A stretch of DNA of 64,000 bases, from NCBI GenBank assembly GCA_964016885.1, contig OZ024741.1:223324001-223388000 (forward strand), written 5' to 3'. Every line of letters starts with the position of its first letter. Position 1 is the stretch's first letter. Source of the stretch: Eledone cirrhosa. Lineage: Eukaryota. Below the pieces are notes generated by a model. That model saw nothing but the letters and a program-made list of their open reading frames with translations. It was not told the origin of the DNA and did no database searches. The position numbers were made by a program, and so were the translations under genes. This document shows positions 13,390 to 25,589 of the stretch, one piece after another.

Positions 13390-14107
13390 AGGGAGAAATA
13401 CGTATGCAGTAGATGTACAGGGAAATTAGACAGTAGAAGTCGCATTGATAGACACATTTTTCAAATGCAGGAGGGTGCTATAGAAGTGGTGGATAGCTTC
13501 CGGTACCTAGGAGATCAGATTAGCATGGGAGTGGGGTGTTCCGAGGCCATAGTATCTAGAATAAGGACGGGTTGGAAGAAGTTTAGGGAGCTGCTTCCTC
13601 TGTTGACGAAGAAGCGTTTCTCCCTGCGTACGAAAGGCCGGTTGTATGATGCCTGTGTGAGGAGCGCGATGCTGCATGGTAGTGAGACATGGGCAGCAAC
13701 TGCAGAGGATATGCGACGGCTGGAGAGAAATGAGGTAAGCATGCTCCGTTGGATGTGCAGTGTAAATGTGCGTGAACGACCCAGCATAAATGTGTTGAGA
13801 GAGAAACTGTGTCTGAGAGGGATAGAATGTAGTGTGCGGGAGAGGAGACTGAGGTGGTATGGACATGTGATGCGCATGGAGGATGACCGATGGGTGAAGA
13901 AGTGCCAAGAATTGCCAGTTGAAGGAAGACGTGGTAGAGGTAGACCACGAAAAACATGGGTCGAGGTGGTGAGAACAGAGCTCAGATCCTTGAAGCTCAT
14001 GGTGGAGATGACGAAGGACCGTGACAAGTGGAGAGATGCTGTGCTGAATAAGACACGTCCCACCCTTGCAAGTAGGGAAGAGCGGACGTAAAATGATGAT
14101 GATGATG
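13390..14107 (+). mobile_element. 5'-truncated RTE-clade LINE (RT C-terminus, ORF 13465-14091, (GAT)n tail)
   Basis: FRYLG, MLHGSETW, RRLRWYGHVMRM and GRGRPRKTW motifs; ORF open to the stop. Confidence 0.93.
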
Positions 14108-14583
14108 ATATATATAGGACATGTATATCTAGTTTAGAATAGGTGCACTGTGTTTGTCTCTGCGAGTCATAAGTAATAACTAAAAGAGTTGGTGGCAAGG
14201 ACATCAGGCTGAAAACACTGCTTCAGAAAGTCCCAATCCAACCCATGCCAGCATGGAAAAGTCTATGTAAAAGCAAAGTAATGATGATAAACACATTAAA
14301 ATAAACAATTAAGTATTGTAGAACCAGAGATGATTTTAGGTGGATTGGTATCAAAAGGGCTTACAATGACCACTTATCATTAACTTCATCCAGTTTTCTC
14401 TACCTTCCAATCTAAAGATTCATCAATTGAAAAAGGCATACACATACACATTGTTTTCAACTATTAATTAAATTTACCCATATTACATTGTAGGACTACC
14501 CTTAAAAGGCTATGGGATCTAACTCCTTTTCTAGCAGAATGAGACAGAGCTAGATTAAAGATGACATCTCTTAAACCAAAGAT

Positions 14584-14764
14584 AATAATTGTTTCTACTT
14601 TAGGCACATGGCCAGCAATTACCCAGTGCATTACTGGTACTTTATTTTATCGACCCCGTAAGGATGAAAGGCAAAGTCAACCTCGGCGGGATTTGAACTC
14701 AGATCGTAAAGGGACGTAACTATGCTGGAAAGCATGGCGTCCGACCCTCTACCGATACTGCCAA
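14584..14764 (-). mobile_element. SINE family A
   Basis: Reverse complement of 3917-4104. Confidence 0.88.
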
Positions 14765-16429
14765 ATGAAAGCATGAGAAAAAACCTAAGAAAAACTCTGT
14801 ATGAACCAGCAGAAAAAACTCTACTCTTTATCTCAATCATCAGATATCGCTTTCGTAAACAGTCTATCAATATTACCATGACAACTGATATATTATTATT
14901 TCTATTATTTTCTCCAATTCCACTAACAGTCTCTTCATTCATCTTGCAGTCTATTGACAGTCTGTATTGATGTTCTCCCACAAGATACATATTCTTCAAT
15001 ATTTCTTTGAGCAGGCACAATATTGACTCCCATTGAATTTAGAACATTGGGTAATAGACAGAACGCATATGGCTAAAGGTGGGAACAAATAGAATGTAAA
15101 AAATATATCCCTCTCTTGTACTGTCCTCTGCCTTGAGCCCTGAACATTAAAGAGATGATTTCCTTGTCTTTCTTTTCTATTCAGTAAAGATGAAATAAAT
15201 AAATGCCTTGTTCAGAAGGAGATTTACTTTTTAACATTCTTTTTCCATAGGCATGTAAGAAGCATTAATACATTCTTCCTGCTGGCTTTAGGAAAACTCT
15301 AACAGCAGCTTAGAATAAGACAACCATTTTCATCAACAGACACTGGCTTTAATAAATAATTATAGCTTACAGTGAAATACTAAAGGTTACAAGAACTATT
15401 AGTATCTTGTACTTTCATAAAGAAAATTAACCCTTTTGATACCAACCAAGCAAAAACTGCCTATGATTCTGTAAAACAAAACCACAAATTTTAAAGGATT
15501 CCTATACAAATTAAAATCCTCCAACATAATTTGATATAAAAACCTTTTAAGTTATGTTACAAATACTATATTAATATGGAAATAATGATTTTAGAAAATC
15601 CTAACAAATTCTTCATTAATTAATCCAAGTATAGAGTATCTCATTAGAAATAAACTACTTTTAGAGTTCAAGGAAACTAGTGATGGTCTTCATTGACAGA
15701 TAACTGTTAAATAAAGATTTGTAGCACAAAATATGTTATTTTGCTGCAAGAGGAATGAAGCAAATACTGATGTTAGGAATTCTATCTACTTTATTGCATA
15801 CTAGGATTTTTTTCAAAATCCTGACGCAAATGTGTATGTGCACGTGTGTATATGTGCATATGCATACATTTATATGTATGAGTATATAAATATAAACATG
15901 CAAATACAGACACACTTACAAAAATACACACTCACAGACATACATTCACACAAATACACATACATTCACACAAACACACACACATACATTTACACAAACA
16001 CGCATACACTCACACACAGCGTAGCAAATGCAACGCCAGCTGCTGTTTTGCTATAGTTTTTTCACTATCCTCTTCCTTCTTTTTACACACATACATTCAC
16101 ACAAACAGTCGCTCAAATTTATATATAGATTCTACATTCATTAACATTCATACATGCACTCACACACATTCACTCACTCACTCGTACAGTCAGTCACAAT
16201 TACTCACATTCACACTCCTGCTCACATATTCACATCCACCCACACAATGAGTCACAGTCACACCCAGCCACAATCGCTTACATACAAACAGTTGCTCACA
16301 TTCAAACCTTCATTTACACAGGGACATCTTAAGCATGAGATTGTATGTATTCAACAAACTTCAAGTAGTATGTTTGCAATAAAAAAAGAAAAAAAATTTA
16401 ACTATAAAACCTGGAGTAACATTACTTGA

Positions 16430-16720
16430 TAGAGTGTGTAGCTTGGAGATCAGTGAGTCACTCCAGGTAGAGCTGCTACTTCTCTGAATTGAGAGATCAC
16501 AACTCCGATACTATGGGCATGTAGTTAGAATGTCTCAGGAAAGAATCGATGGACAGATTTTACAGGCAAAACAAACTGGCAAGAGACCCAGGGGTAAACC
16601 CCGAGCAAGATGGTTGGATAACATCCATGAGCTTGGCTGGTCTTATTTTGACAGGACCTACTGGAAGGAGTGTTTGAGGACTCTACCCCCACAACTCTCT
16701 CCAGGAATAAGTGGGTGAGG
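16430..16720 (+). mobile_element. Decayed second RTE-type LINE 3' fragment; related copies ~35400-35640 and ~55020-55660
   Basis: GKRPRGKPRARWLDNI motif and shared ggaataagtgggtga end. Confidence 0.78.
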
Positions 16721-16890
16721 AGGAGGGGGAAGTGGAGGAACAGGAAAAGAAGAAAAAGGAGGACAAGAAGAAAAGCTGGTTGTTTTAGGGGCTCTCTAAG
16801 CTGGGAAGGGGGGGGGGGGGTTAGCCAGAGATTCTTAGGCACATCCTTGTAACCAACAATGCTATTGTTCACAATATGCAACATATTAAA

Positions 16891-17640
16891 TCTAAACTAT
16901 AATAAAGGAAGGTCTACGGGACTGCATACGGTTTGTTATTTTATCCCGTTAGCAAAATAAGTTGGATTACTTTGAATAAATAATTGTTTCTACTTTAGGC
17001 ACAAGGCCAGCAATTACTCAGTGCATTACTGGTACTTTATTTTATCGACCCCATAAGGATGAAAGGCAAAGTCAACCTTGGCGGGATTTGAACTCAGATC
17101 GTAAAGGGACGTAACTATGCTGGAAAGCATGGCGTCCAACCCTCTACCGATAGTACCAATCCACCACCCTAAAATTGACTTTGAATAAATAATGAATGAA
17201 TATTACATAATTTATCTATTAAATTTCGTAAACTAAAATAATTTCGTAAAAATAAATAATTTAAAATTGACTTCTTTTCAAAGTTGCACTTCCGGTATAT
17301 TGTTGCCACCACCACCACTACAACTACCATATATATAGAAAGAGATAGTGTGTGATGTCAACACTTCCGGTGATCACTTAAATAAACATAGTAATTTTCT
17401 GTCACTATTTTCTCCTAATGCAGTTTATATATAATATCGTCTTTTTTTAATGTATCATGGATTACGTTACTGATTACATAAGACAGTGTAACAACGTCTT
17501 CGTTCAATTTCTGTTTATATTGTCAATTACGATTTTATTTGATGTATCATATCTACATGTATATATACCTGCGTATAATAGCAATATACACACTACACAT
17601 GGTAGCAGAAAAACCACCCGAAGGGTGGTTTTTCTGCTAG
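16891..17640 (+). mobile_element. Non-autonomous Helitron
   Basis: a|TCTAAACTATAATAAAG 5' end; 3' hairpin gcagaaaaaccaccc-gaa-gggtggtttttctgc ending CTAG|t; A/T target, no TSD; second copy at 63143-63960. Confidence 0.82.
16980..17170 (-). mobile_element. SINE family A nested in the Helitron
   Basis: TSD actttgaataaataat on both sides; the second Helitron copy has the empty site. Confidence 0.9.
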
Positions 17641-18074
17641 TATAAAATAATGGAGCTGTGCTGTCAATAATGACAATAGTATATATACATACACCTGTAT
17701 ACACACACATATATATATATACATACATATATATATATACATATATATATACATACATATATATATATATTTATACATACATATATATGTATGTATACAT
17801 ACATATATATGTATGTATACATACATACATATACATACACATATATATATAAATCTAGTTCAAAGAAACAACAAAACAGAGATACAAAAAGTCTTATTAG
17901 TTTGACGCTTTATATAGAAAAGGGCAAAGAAAGCATGACGTGTTGGGCTTTAGCCCTTCCTCAGGAATACAAAAAATAGAGACAGGACCACAAAGGATAG
18001 ATACAGAAAATAAAAGGTAGTCCAGGGTAAAAAAAAAAATGAAATACGCATTATATTTATACATATATACATAT

Positions 18075-18260
18075 AACGAAGGAATTGTGGTAAGGAACCA
18101 GATGGACTATAACGCACCAAAGTACTCAATACTTAGTGTAGTAGAGTAGGTAATAGGAAAAAGTATGACAGCAGAGCTCAAGCCGTTTCGACGGCTATTT
18201 CTGGAAATAGCCGTCGAAACAGCTTGAGCTCTGCTGTCGGGGGTCATACTTTTTCCTATA
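18075..18260. mobile_element. Fold-back Penelope-like end with tail; related copy at 24397-24540
   Basis: Inverted arms around ~18201 (gcagagctcaagccgtttcgacggctatttc / gaaatagccgtcgaaacagcttgagctctgc); TA-rich flanks. Confidence 0.65.
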
Positions 18261-18530
18261 TACATATATATATATATATTTATTAAAATAACAGATTAAA
18301 ATTTAAGCAAAGAATCGCTGCTTTCACCCTTAACGGGATCTTCTGAAACTCAAATTTATTATTATTATTACTATATATATATACCGTATAACCCAATATT
18401 CTCAAATATCTACCATGCGTCCTGGAGGCCGAAGATGGTTTATCATTTCTTTTTAAATTTTTGGTTGTCAATTAGGGTGCATCCTCAAGATGAAGCATCT
18501 TTGGCACCGGGAAATATGTTATATATATAT

Positions 18531-18845
18531 ATATATAAAGAAAAAAAGATGAAATCGAAAATGCAACTGGAATCTTATTCTTAAAAAAATATATATATTT
18601 ATTTGGTTCCTTTACCGGTTTCGCAGTTCTTCTATTTTTCAAAAGTAGAGTTGAGATGGATGGTCTGTGGTTTTTCTCACATCTTGAAAAACAGAAGAAC
18701 TGCGAAACCAGTAAAGGAACCAAATAAATGTATATATTTTTTTAAAAATAAGACTCCAGTTGCATTTTCGATTTCATCTTTTTTTCTTTATATTGTAGGA
18801 CACCTCGGTTATTTTTCATTTTGTAAAAAAAAACCTCACTTTCTA
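18531..18845. mobile_element. Fold-back Penelope-like end (arms ~18533-18642 / ~18684-18793) plus tail
   Basis: ~108-bp inverted arms between (TA)n tracts; only the 3' half of a hammerhead remains (GAAA-ccgg-TA). Confidence 0.72.
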
Positions 18846-18869
18846 ATATATATATATATATATATATAA

Positions 18870-19100
18870 AACAACAAAATATAAGTGCCTATAATGCATA
18901 TAAATTGAAAAAAAACCATGAGTATACCACCAATACATCAAACTAACCATAATATCTCCTCTGATACAGGATTCACGAAAAGTTGTAACTGTAGAAACAA
19001 AGCAAATTGCCCATTAAAAGGAAATTGCCTTGTTAATAACATAGTATATAAATGTAAAGTTAACACTAAGGACTCAATTTATTCATATATAGGAGCTACA
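18870..19100 (+). mobile_element. Penelope-like RT-endonuclease linker and GIY-YIG N-terminal fragment
   Basis: SCNCRNKANCPLKGNCLVNNIVYKCKV..SYIGAT matches the CxC..CPL..C linker followed by VY..YIG. Confidence 0.85.
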
Positions 19101-19137
19101 CTTATTTTTGTATATATATGTATGTGTATGTATATAT

Positions 19138-19645
19138 CATCATCATCATCATCAACGTTTAACGTCCGTGTTCCACGCTTGCATGGGTTTGGACGGGGGT
19201 ATTCCCACTTGAGGCAAGAGTGATTGTCTTGCTCGCATAGGACTGTCTGGCAGGTTTTCTACAGTTGGATGCCCTTCCTAACACCAACCACATTTACAGT
19301 GTGGGACTGGGAGGTTTTTACCGTGTTGCCTACACGGCCACATTACAGCGTGGACTGTGTGTTTTTTGTCGTGACACCTACACGATCTCATTTGTTTCGG
19401 CCTGGATGTTGTGGCACCAACATAACTTTACATAGGAGGGGGTGGTGTGGATGGGGGTGGTGGGACTGGGTTGTTAGAGATGCCTACTGGCTGTAGTAGG
19501 TTTTACTATGTAAGGCGGGTCTTCTCTGTTACTGAGTACCGCCAAAGGTCTCGGTCCAGTGACATTGTCTTGGAGAAGTGTAAGTGTGTGAGGTCGGAGT
19601 TTATCAGCTCGTCCCAGGATTTTCTAGGTCTGCCTATTCCGTGGC
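19138..19645 (-). mobile_element. SINE-B-related element adjoining an RTE 3' fragment
   Basis: (CAT)n, ggatgcccttcctaacaccaacc, and a reverse-strand GRPRKSW-like remnant at ~19530-19640. Confidence 0.6.
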
Positions 19646-19999
19646 TAATATATATTCCATGGCTATATATATATATATATATATATAAGAGAGAGAAGGT
19701 CAGCGAATTGGAAGGGATCTCGGCTATCTGAGTTCAAATCCCACCGAGATCAACTGTGCCTTTTATCCTTTCGAGGTTGATAAAAAAAGTACCAGTCTAG
19801 TACTGGAGTGGATTTTCTTCTATATTTCTTTCTCATTTTTCTCTCTCTCACTTTCTATCTCTGGAAGAAATCTGCTGTACTCGGGCCTGGAGAGGGATGG
19901 GCTCCAGCAAGCTTAGAATGCCCAAGAAACATCATCATCACCGTTTTACGTCCGTTATTCCACGCTAGCATGGGTTAGACACTGTATATCAATTCGCTG

Positions 20000-20312
20000 C
20001 CTCATGTATATTAGGAGTTATAGGACCATACATATGTACATACACATATATATACATATGTATATGCATATGTACATATATATATATATACATATGTATA
20101 TACAAATGTACATATATATATATATACATATGTACGTATGTATGTACATATATATATATATGTACATACATATGCACATATATATATGTACATACATACG
20201 TACATATATATATATGTATGTACATACATACGTACATATATATGTATGTACATACATACGTACATATATATGTATGTACATACGTACATATATATGTATG
20301 TACATACATACG

Positions 20313-20355
<43 letters not shown>

Positions 20356-20525
20356 ATATATATGTACATACATACATTCGTACATATATATATATATATA
20401 CATACATTTGTATATATATATATATAAATGAAAAGTATAGAAATTATTGTAGCAAGAAGCCAACAGTATTACATAATATATATATATATATATATATGTA
20501 CATACATACGTACATATATATATAC

Positions 20526-20562
<37 letters not shown>
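20000..20562. repeat. Compound (TA)n/(TACG/TACA) microsatellite
   Basis: Visible directly. Confidence 0.95.
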
Positions 20563-20564
<2 letters not shown>

Positions 20565-20565
<1 letters not shown>

Positions 20566-20906
20566 TTCATCATTTTTCATTTCATTTTACGTCCACTTTT
20601 TCCCTGTTTGCAAGGGTGGGTCGGGAACTGATTCTGGCTTGATTTCTACAGCTGGACGCCCTTCCTAACACCAACCTCATTTACAGTGAGTGCTGGGTGC
20701 TTTTTTGCCATGGCACCTCCACGACCACTTTGCAGTGGAATGATATGGACCTCAGTCCCTATCATCTCATTTCTACAGCTGAGTAAACTGGAGCAATGTG
20801 AAATAAAGTGTCTTGCTCAAGGAAACAACACATCACCCAGTCTGAGAATTGAACTCACAACCTTTTGATTGCAAGACCAATGCTCTAACCACTAAGCCAT
20901 GTGCCT

Positions 20907-20908
<2 letters not shown>
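20565..20908 (-). mobile_element. SINE family B
   Basis: Reverse complement of 4258-4591. Confidence 0.9.
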
Positions 20909-20959
<51 letters not shown>

Positions 20960-21019
20960 TATGTACATACATATGTACATATATATATATATACACATGT
21001 ACATACATATATATATATA

Positions 21020-21607
21020 TTGTGGCTGCCAACTCGTTTTCGAGTACAGCCACTACTTTATATTCATGTAGGAGAACCCCTACCGATGCACTGAATGAGT
21101 GTGACTTTTTAGTCCAGCCAACGACTTGAAAACTCTGGTACAAACACTAAACTTGTGACAATTATTGATACATAGTGCTGGGCCCATGGTACCATGTGAC
21201 GACAAGTGCAGAGATATCTCCAGATATAAAGCAATGCCTGTGCCGTGAAGCTTTTATAGTGAGCAAAGGCACTGCACAAAGCCAGTCCCACTCACTTAAC
21301 AAAGATGATATTTACCAAAAAGAAGAACAAGTCATTGGATACCATCAGGGTTGCAGGTGTTATATCAGAGTTTTCCTTCTCCGAGAATTCTGCCTTGACA
21401 AAGGCTAAGGGGTCATCTCTCCCGGTGATTTTGGATGGCCATTGACTCTTAAGAGGTCCTTTGCCCTTTGACAGGTTTTGTTTTTAGTCCTGCAGGATGT
21501 CCAAAGTCACCCTCCTCACCAAGAAACCTTGGTGGGGTTGCCAGTTTAGTCGCCAACAACCCGACCACGAGACAGGTTGTACTGGGATACATGTTACCAG
21601 TAGCACC
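21020..21607 (-). mobile_element. Probable LINE 5' UTR/start fragment; related pieces at ~23332-23400 and ~57575-57720
   Basis: GC-richer block between (TA)n tracts sharing gtttagtcgc..gagacaggttgtactggg..atgttaccagta with 57655-57712; class assignment is inference. Confidence 0.45.
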
Positions 21608-21673
21608 ATACATATATATATATACATACATACAATGTTTATAATTTTCTTATTTTACGTCTTTCATACATAC

Positions 21674-21709
<36 letters not shown>

Positions 21710-21748
21710 ATATTAAATAAATGGAAACTATATTTATAAAACCATATT

Positions 21749-21813
21749 TATTTTATTATATATATTTCAAGAGTAACCAAGACAACATTGGTACGCTTTC
21801 ATCAGATAAAATA
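21749..21813 (-). ncRNA. Type I hammerhead motif (mirror of 21893-21957)
   Basis: Reverse complement tattttat-CTGATGA-aagcgtaccaa..ttggttactctt-GAAA-tatata-TA-ataaaata. Confidence 0.75.
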
Positions 21814-21892
21814 CCAAGTTTGTTTTATAAATAGAGACATACCCATGAAAATCATACCTTATCGGTTGGAAATTCACTGGATACAACCTTTG

Positions 21893-21957
21893 TATTTTAT
21901 CTGATGAAAGCGTACCAATGTTGTCTTGGTTACCCTTGAAATATATATAATAAAATA
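21893..21957 (+). ncRNA. Type I hammerhead motif
   Basis: 8-bp stem I tattttat/ataaaata, CTGATGA, interrupted stem II, GAAA, palindromic TATATA, AUA triplet. Confidence 0.77.
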
Positions 21958-22114
21958 AATATGGTTTTATAAATATAGTTTCCATTTATTTAATATCATT
22001 GAATATTTACTCCAGTAACTGTTGAGTGCTCTAAATCAGTTATAAACATTTGTGTTTGTCGGACTTCCAACATATTAAATACCACTTCTACTTATATATA
22101 TATATATATATATA

Positions 22115-23323
22115 CAAGCTGGCCCATCTGGCTGGCGCCCGACTAGGTATACCTGCCCCCACCACTCCACTGCAAAGATACCACACACCCTCCCGTGTCA
22201 CATTGCCCTTCCGACTCTCTCTCTCTGAATAACTAACACTTTAATTACATACATGCATACATACATATAAAGTATCGATGTTTGTGTATGTGTGTATGTG
22301 CATTTGTATGTTTTGTTTTGATGTTATCCGGCAATTGGCGAAATCAGGTGCATGCGTGCGTGAGCGACGAGAGAAAAAGTGTGTGGGATACATACATTAT
22401 TATAATTGTGTCTATTTTCGTTCTGCAACCATTATATTATGATATTTGCATCCAAATGATTTTAGATGTATGTATTACCTGCTTGCCCGTCCCTCTGTTT
22501 CTCTTTCCCTGTCTCTCTCTCTCTCCTCTCTCTCTCTTTAGATGTGTGTGTGTGTGTAGTTTTCCTAATCTGTCTCTTTCACTCTCTGTCTCTCTAAGAG
22601 GGTTGCCTTTTGATGTATGTATTGCCTGCTTGTGTGTTGACCGAATTTGAAGGAGGTTATCCTTTTGAAATAAACATACATACGACACTCATCTCTATGT
22701 TGATATATGATATAAATAATGGGATTGATGAGTTAATATCTGTATACAACTACAATGGTACGCGATGGGGCCCACCCACAGCCCCAGCGGACAGAATGGA
22801 GAAGGCGTTTCCCCGGAGGACGGCAAGGGAGACACACTGGAAAAGCCACTCCAACTCACGGGGCTCACACCTGCGGCTGGCCAGCTCAGCGGCTATGGTG
22901 GTGAGTAAGGAGGTAGCCCTGGGGCCGTGGACACCAGAAGTCTCCAGAGCAACCGGTATTTGAGAAGTATGGCCCCCTCAGCCTGACGTGCAGCAGAACC
23001 TGGGTATATATTGATATATTGAAGGGAGATATGGAAAGTAAAAGTGTTGTCATATAGAGAGTGAAGAGAGACAGAGAGTAAAGCAGTTAAATTATAGAGA
23101 GGGTGAAAGAGGGAGAGAGAAAGAGACGACGCTCAGCTTTATAATATTTGAGAGTGAAGAGCGACAGAGAGAGTAAAGTAGTTAAATTATAGAGAGAGGG
23201 AATGAAGTATTATAGAGAGAGAGGGAAGAGTGACGGAGAGAGTAAAGCTAAGAAACTATAGGGAAGTGTGTAGGATACATACATACATAATACACACAAC
23301 ACTCAGCTTTATAATATTATAGA
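22115..23323 (-). mobile_element. Probable non-autonomous Helitron with internal simple repeats and a GC-rich insert (~22750-23005)
   Basis: Minus strand a|TCTATAATATTATAAAGCTGAG at 23323 resembles Helitron 5' ends; GC-rich imperfect hairpin then CTTG|t at 22115. Pairing of the two ends is inferred. Confidence 0.5.
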
Positions 23324-23461
23324 TACATAGAAGAATGCCCTGACAAAGGCTAGGGGTCCTTCACTCCGAGTGGTTTAACCGCGCGATCGGGTGTCCAGCC
23401 CAACTATTTCTATATCCCCACGCATATACATACACATGCACCCATGTATATACACGTATAT

Positions 23462-23853
23462 GAAGGCACATGGCTTAGTGGTAAGAGCATTGGGCTTGCA
23501 ATCGAAAGGTTGTGAGTTCAATTCTCAGACCAGGTGATGTGTTGTTTCCTTGAGCAAGACACTTTATTTCACATTGCTCCATTTACTCAGCTGTAGAAAT
23601 GAGATGATAGGACTGGGGTCCATATCATTCCACTGTAAAGTGGACGTGTAGGCGCCACGGCAAAAAGTACCCAGCACTCACTGTAAATGAGGTTGGTGTT
23701 AGGAAGGGCATCCAGCTGTAGAAATCTAGCCAGAATCAGTTCCAGTATGAGCAAGACAAGGTCAGCCGACCGGACACTGTCCACAACAGGACAACCCGTC
23801 TAACCCATGCTAGCGTGGAAGAACAGACGAAAAACGGTGATGATGATGATGAT
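23462..23853 (+). mobile_element. SINE family B with alternative 3' tail
   Basis: Same head and body as 4258-4591, then ends aacccatgctagcgtggaagaacagacgaaaacggt(gat)n. Confidence 0.88.
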
Positions 23854-24185
23854 ATATGAGCGTGAACCTAATAAACTCATATTTGTACTGCCTCTGTTTT
23901 TGTTCCTGTCTTAGATTTAACTATAATATATATATATATATATATATACATACATAATTGTATATATATATCATCATCATCATCGTTTAACGTCCATCTT
24001 CCACGCTTGCATGGGTTTGGACATATATATATATATATTATATATATATATAAATGAAAGGTATAGAAAATATATATATATATATATGTGTATATACATA
24101 CATGCATATATATATATACATATGTACATACATATATATACATACTTGTATGTATATATACATATATATATATACGTATATAAAC

Positions 24186-24372
24186 ATTTATTAAAATAAC
24201 AGATTAAAGTTTAAGCAAAGAATCGCTGCTTTCACCCTTAACGGGATCCTCTTAAACTTTAATCTGTTATTTTAATAAATATTTACTCTACGGTTCTTAT
24301 ATATTTGATATATATTTATCCTTATCGAGCCCTCTTTGGATTTTAGTCTTCAAATTTATTATTATTACTACA
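24186..24372. mobile_element. Short fold-back/tail element; related pieces at ~12-90 and ~18279-18372
   Basis: Arms tttattaaaataacagattaaagtttaag / cttaaactttaatctgttattttaataaa; tail shared with the start of the window. Confidence 0.6.
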
Positions 24373-24593
24373 TATATAAACATATATATATATATAACGA
24401 AGGAATTGTGGTAAGGAACCAGATGGACCATAACGCACCAAAGTACTCAATACTTAGTGTAGTAGTGTGGGTAATAGGAACAAGTATGACCCTGACGGCA
24501 GAGCTCAAGCCGTTTCATCGGGGTCATACTTGTTTCTATATATATATATATATGTATATATATATACACACACACACATATTTATACAAATGA

Positions 24594-24783
24594 TAATTGT
24601 TTCTACTTTTGGCTCAAGGCCAGCAATTACCCAGTGTATTACTGGTACTTTATTTTATCGACCCCGTAAGGATGAAAGGCAAAGTTAATCTCGGTGGGAT
24701 TTGAACTCAGAATGGCAAGGGCCATAACTCTATGTGTCAAAGCATGGCGTCCGACCCTCTACCAATACTGCCAATCCACCGCC
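24594..24783 (-). mobile_element. SINE family A with TSD ttatacaaatgataat
   Basis: Reverse-complement match; direct repeat on both sides. Confidence 0.88.
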
Positions 24784-25589
24784 AGTTATACAAATGATAA
24801 TAATGAAACGAATAGTGATAATGATAATACTAGTGAATATTCCTATGACAACCAGTATGAAAATACAGATAAACAATACAGGTATCCATTGTTACTTTTG
24901 ATTAAAATTGTCAATAGATTCAAAAAGAAAACACGATTCATTGATTTTACAAGAAGCTGTCACTGACACAAAGAATAACTTAACTACGCCAGTCTCCCAC
25001 GCTCACTTTTATCTCATTATCAGCTCCGAGAAGATAGCACTGACGGCGTATGGATGAGTGTGATAAAATAGCAGACAACCAACTGAGAGGTCAAAAACTT
25101 GTATCTTGTTCTCAGCATTGTATTGTGTCCATAGCTAGGAGATTTTACTTTCAAATAATTTAGTCTTTTTAAGCTGAAAATAGGTCCTGCTGGACAAAAA
25201 CAATTCATTGTTCTGAGCAGTAACAGTTCAATTATTCTCTACTGAGAAAATCTACTTGCAGCAATAGACCAGTGTCCTATCTAGTGGGAGATTTAGCTTA
25301 ATGGCATAAAAATATATATGTAGGTAATATCATCATCATCATCACCATTTTTACATCCACTTTTCCATCTCATCTTTTGTCCTTTTTTTTTTAAACGGTA
25401 GAGTGTGATTTGAAGGAATTTGGCAGCAGTTTCTTGACCCCCCCAGTTGCCTTGTTTTCACATGATTTCACATTTGCAATCCCAGTTTTAGAATAGGTAA
25501 ACCATATCATTATGTTATGAGAGCATGGCATCCATTCTAATGAAAACATTGCCTATGGTTTGTAAATAATTTTGAAAATAATCAACAAT

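Larger units (their letters stand above)
21705..22080. mobile_element. Fold-back Penelope-like end (arms 21705-21813 / 21893-22001) plus tail
   Basis: ~108-bp near-perfect inverted arms, (TA)n on both sides. Confidence 0.8.

Noticed and set aside
14631-15020. 129-aa and 82-aa overlapping ORFs
   Set aside because: Partly run through a SINE; no recognisable motif or convincing splice sites.
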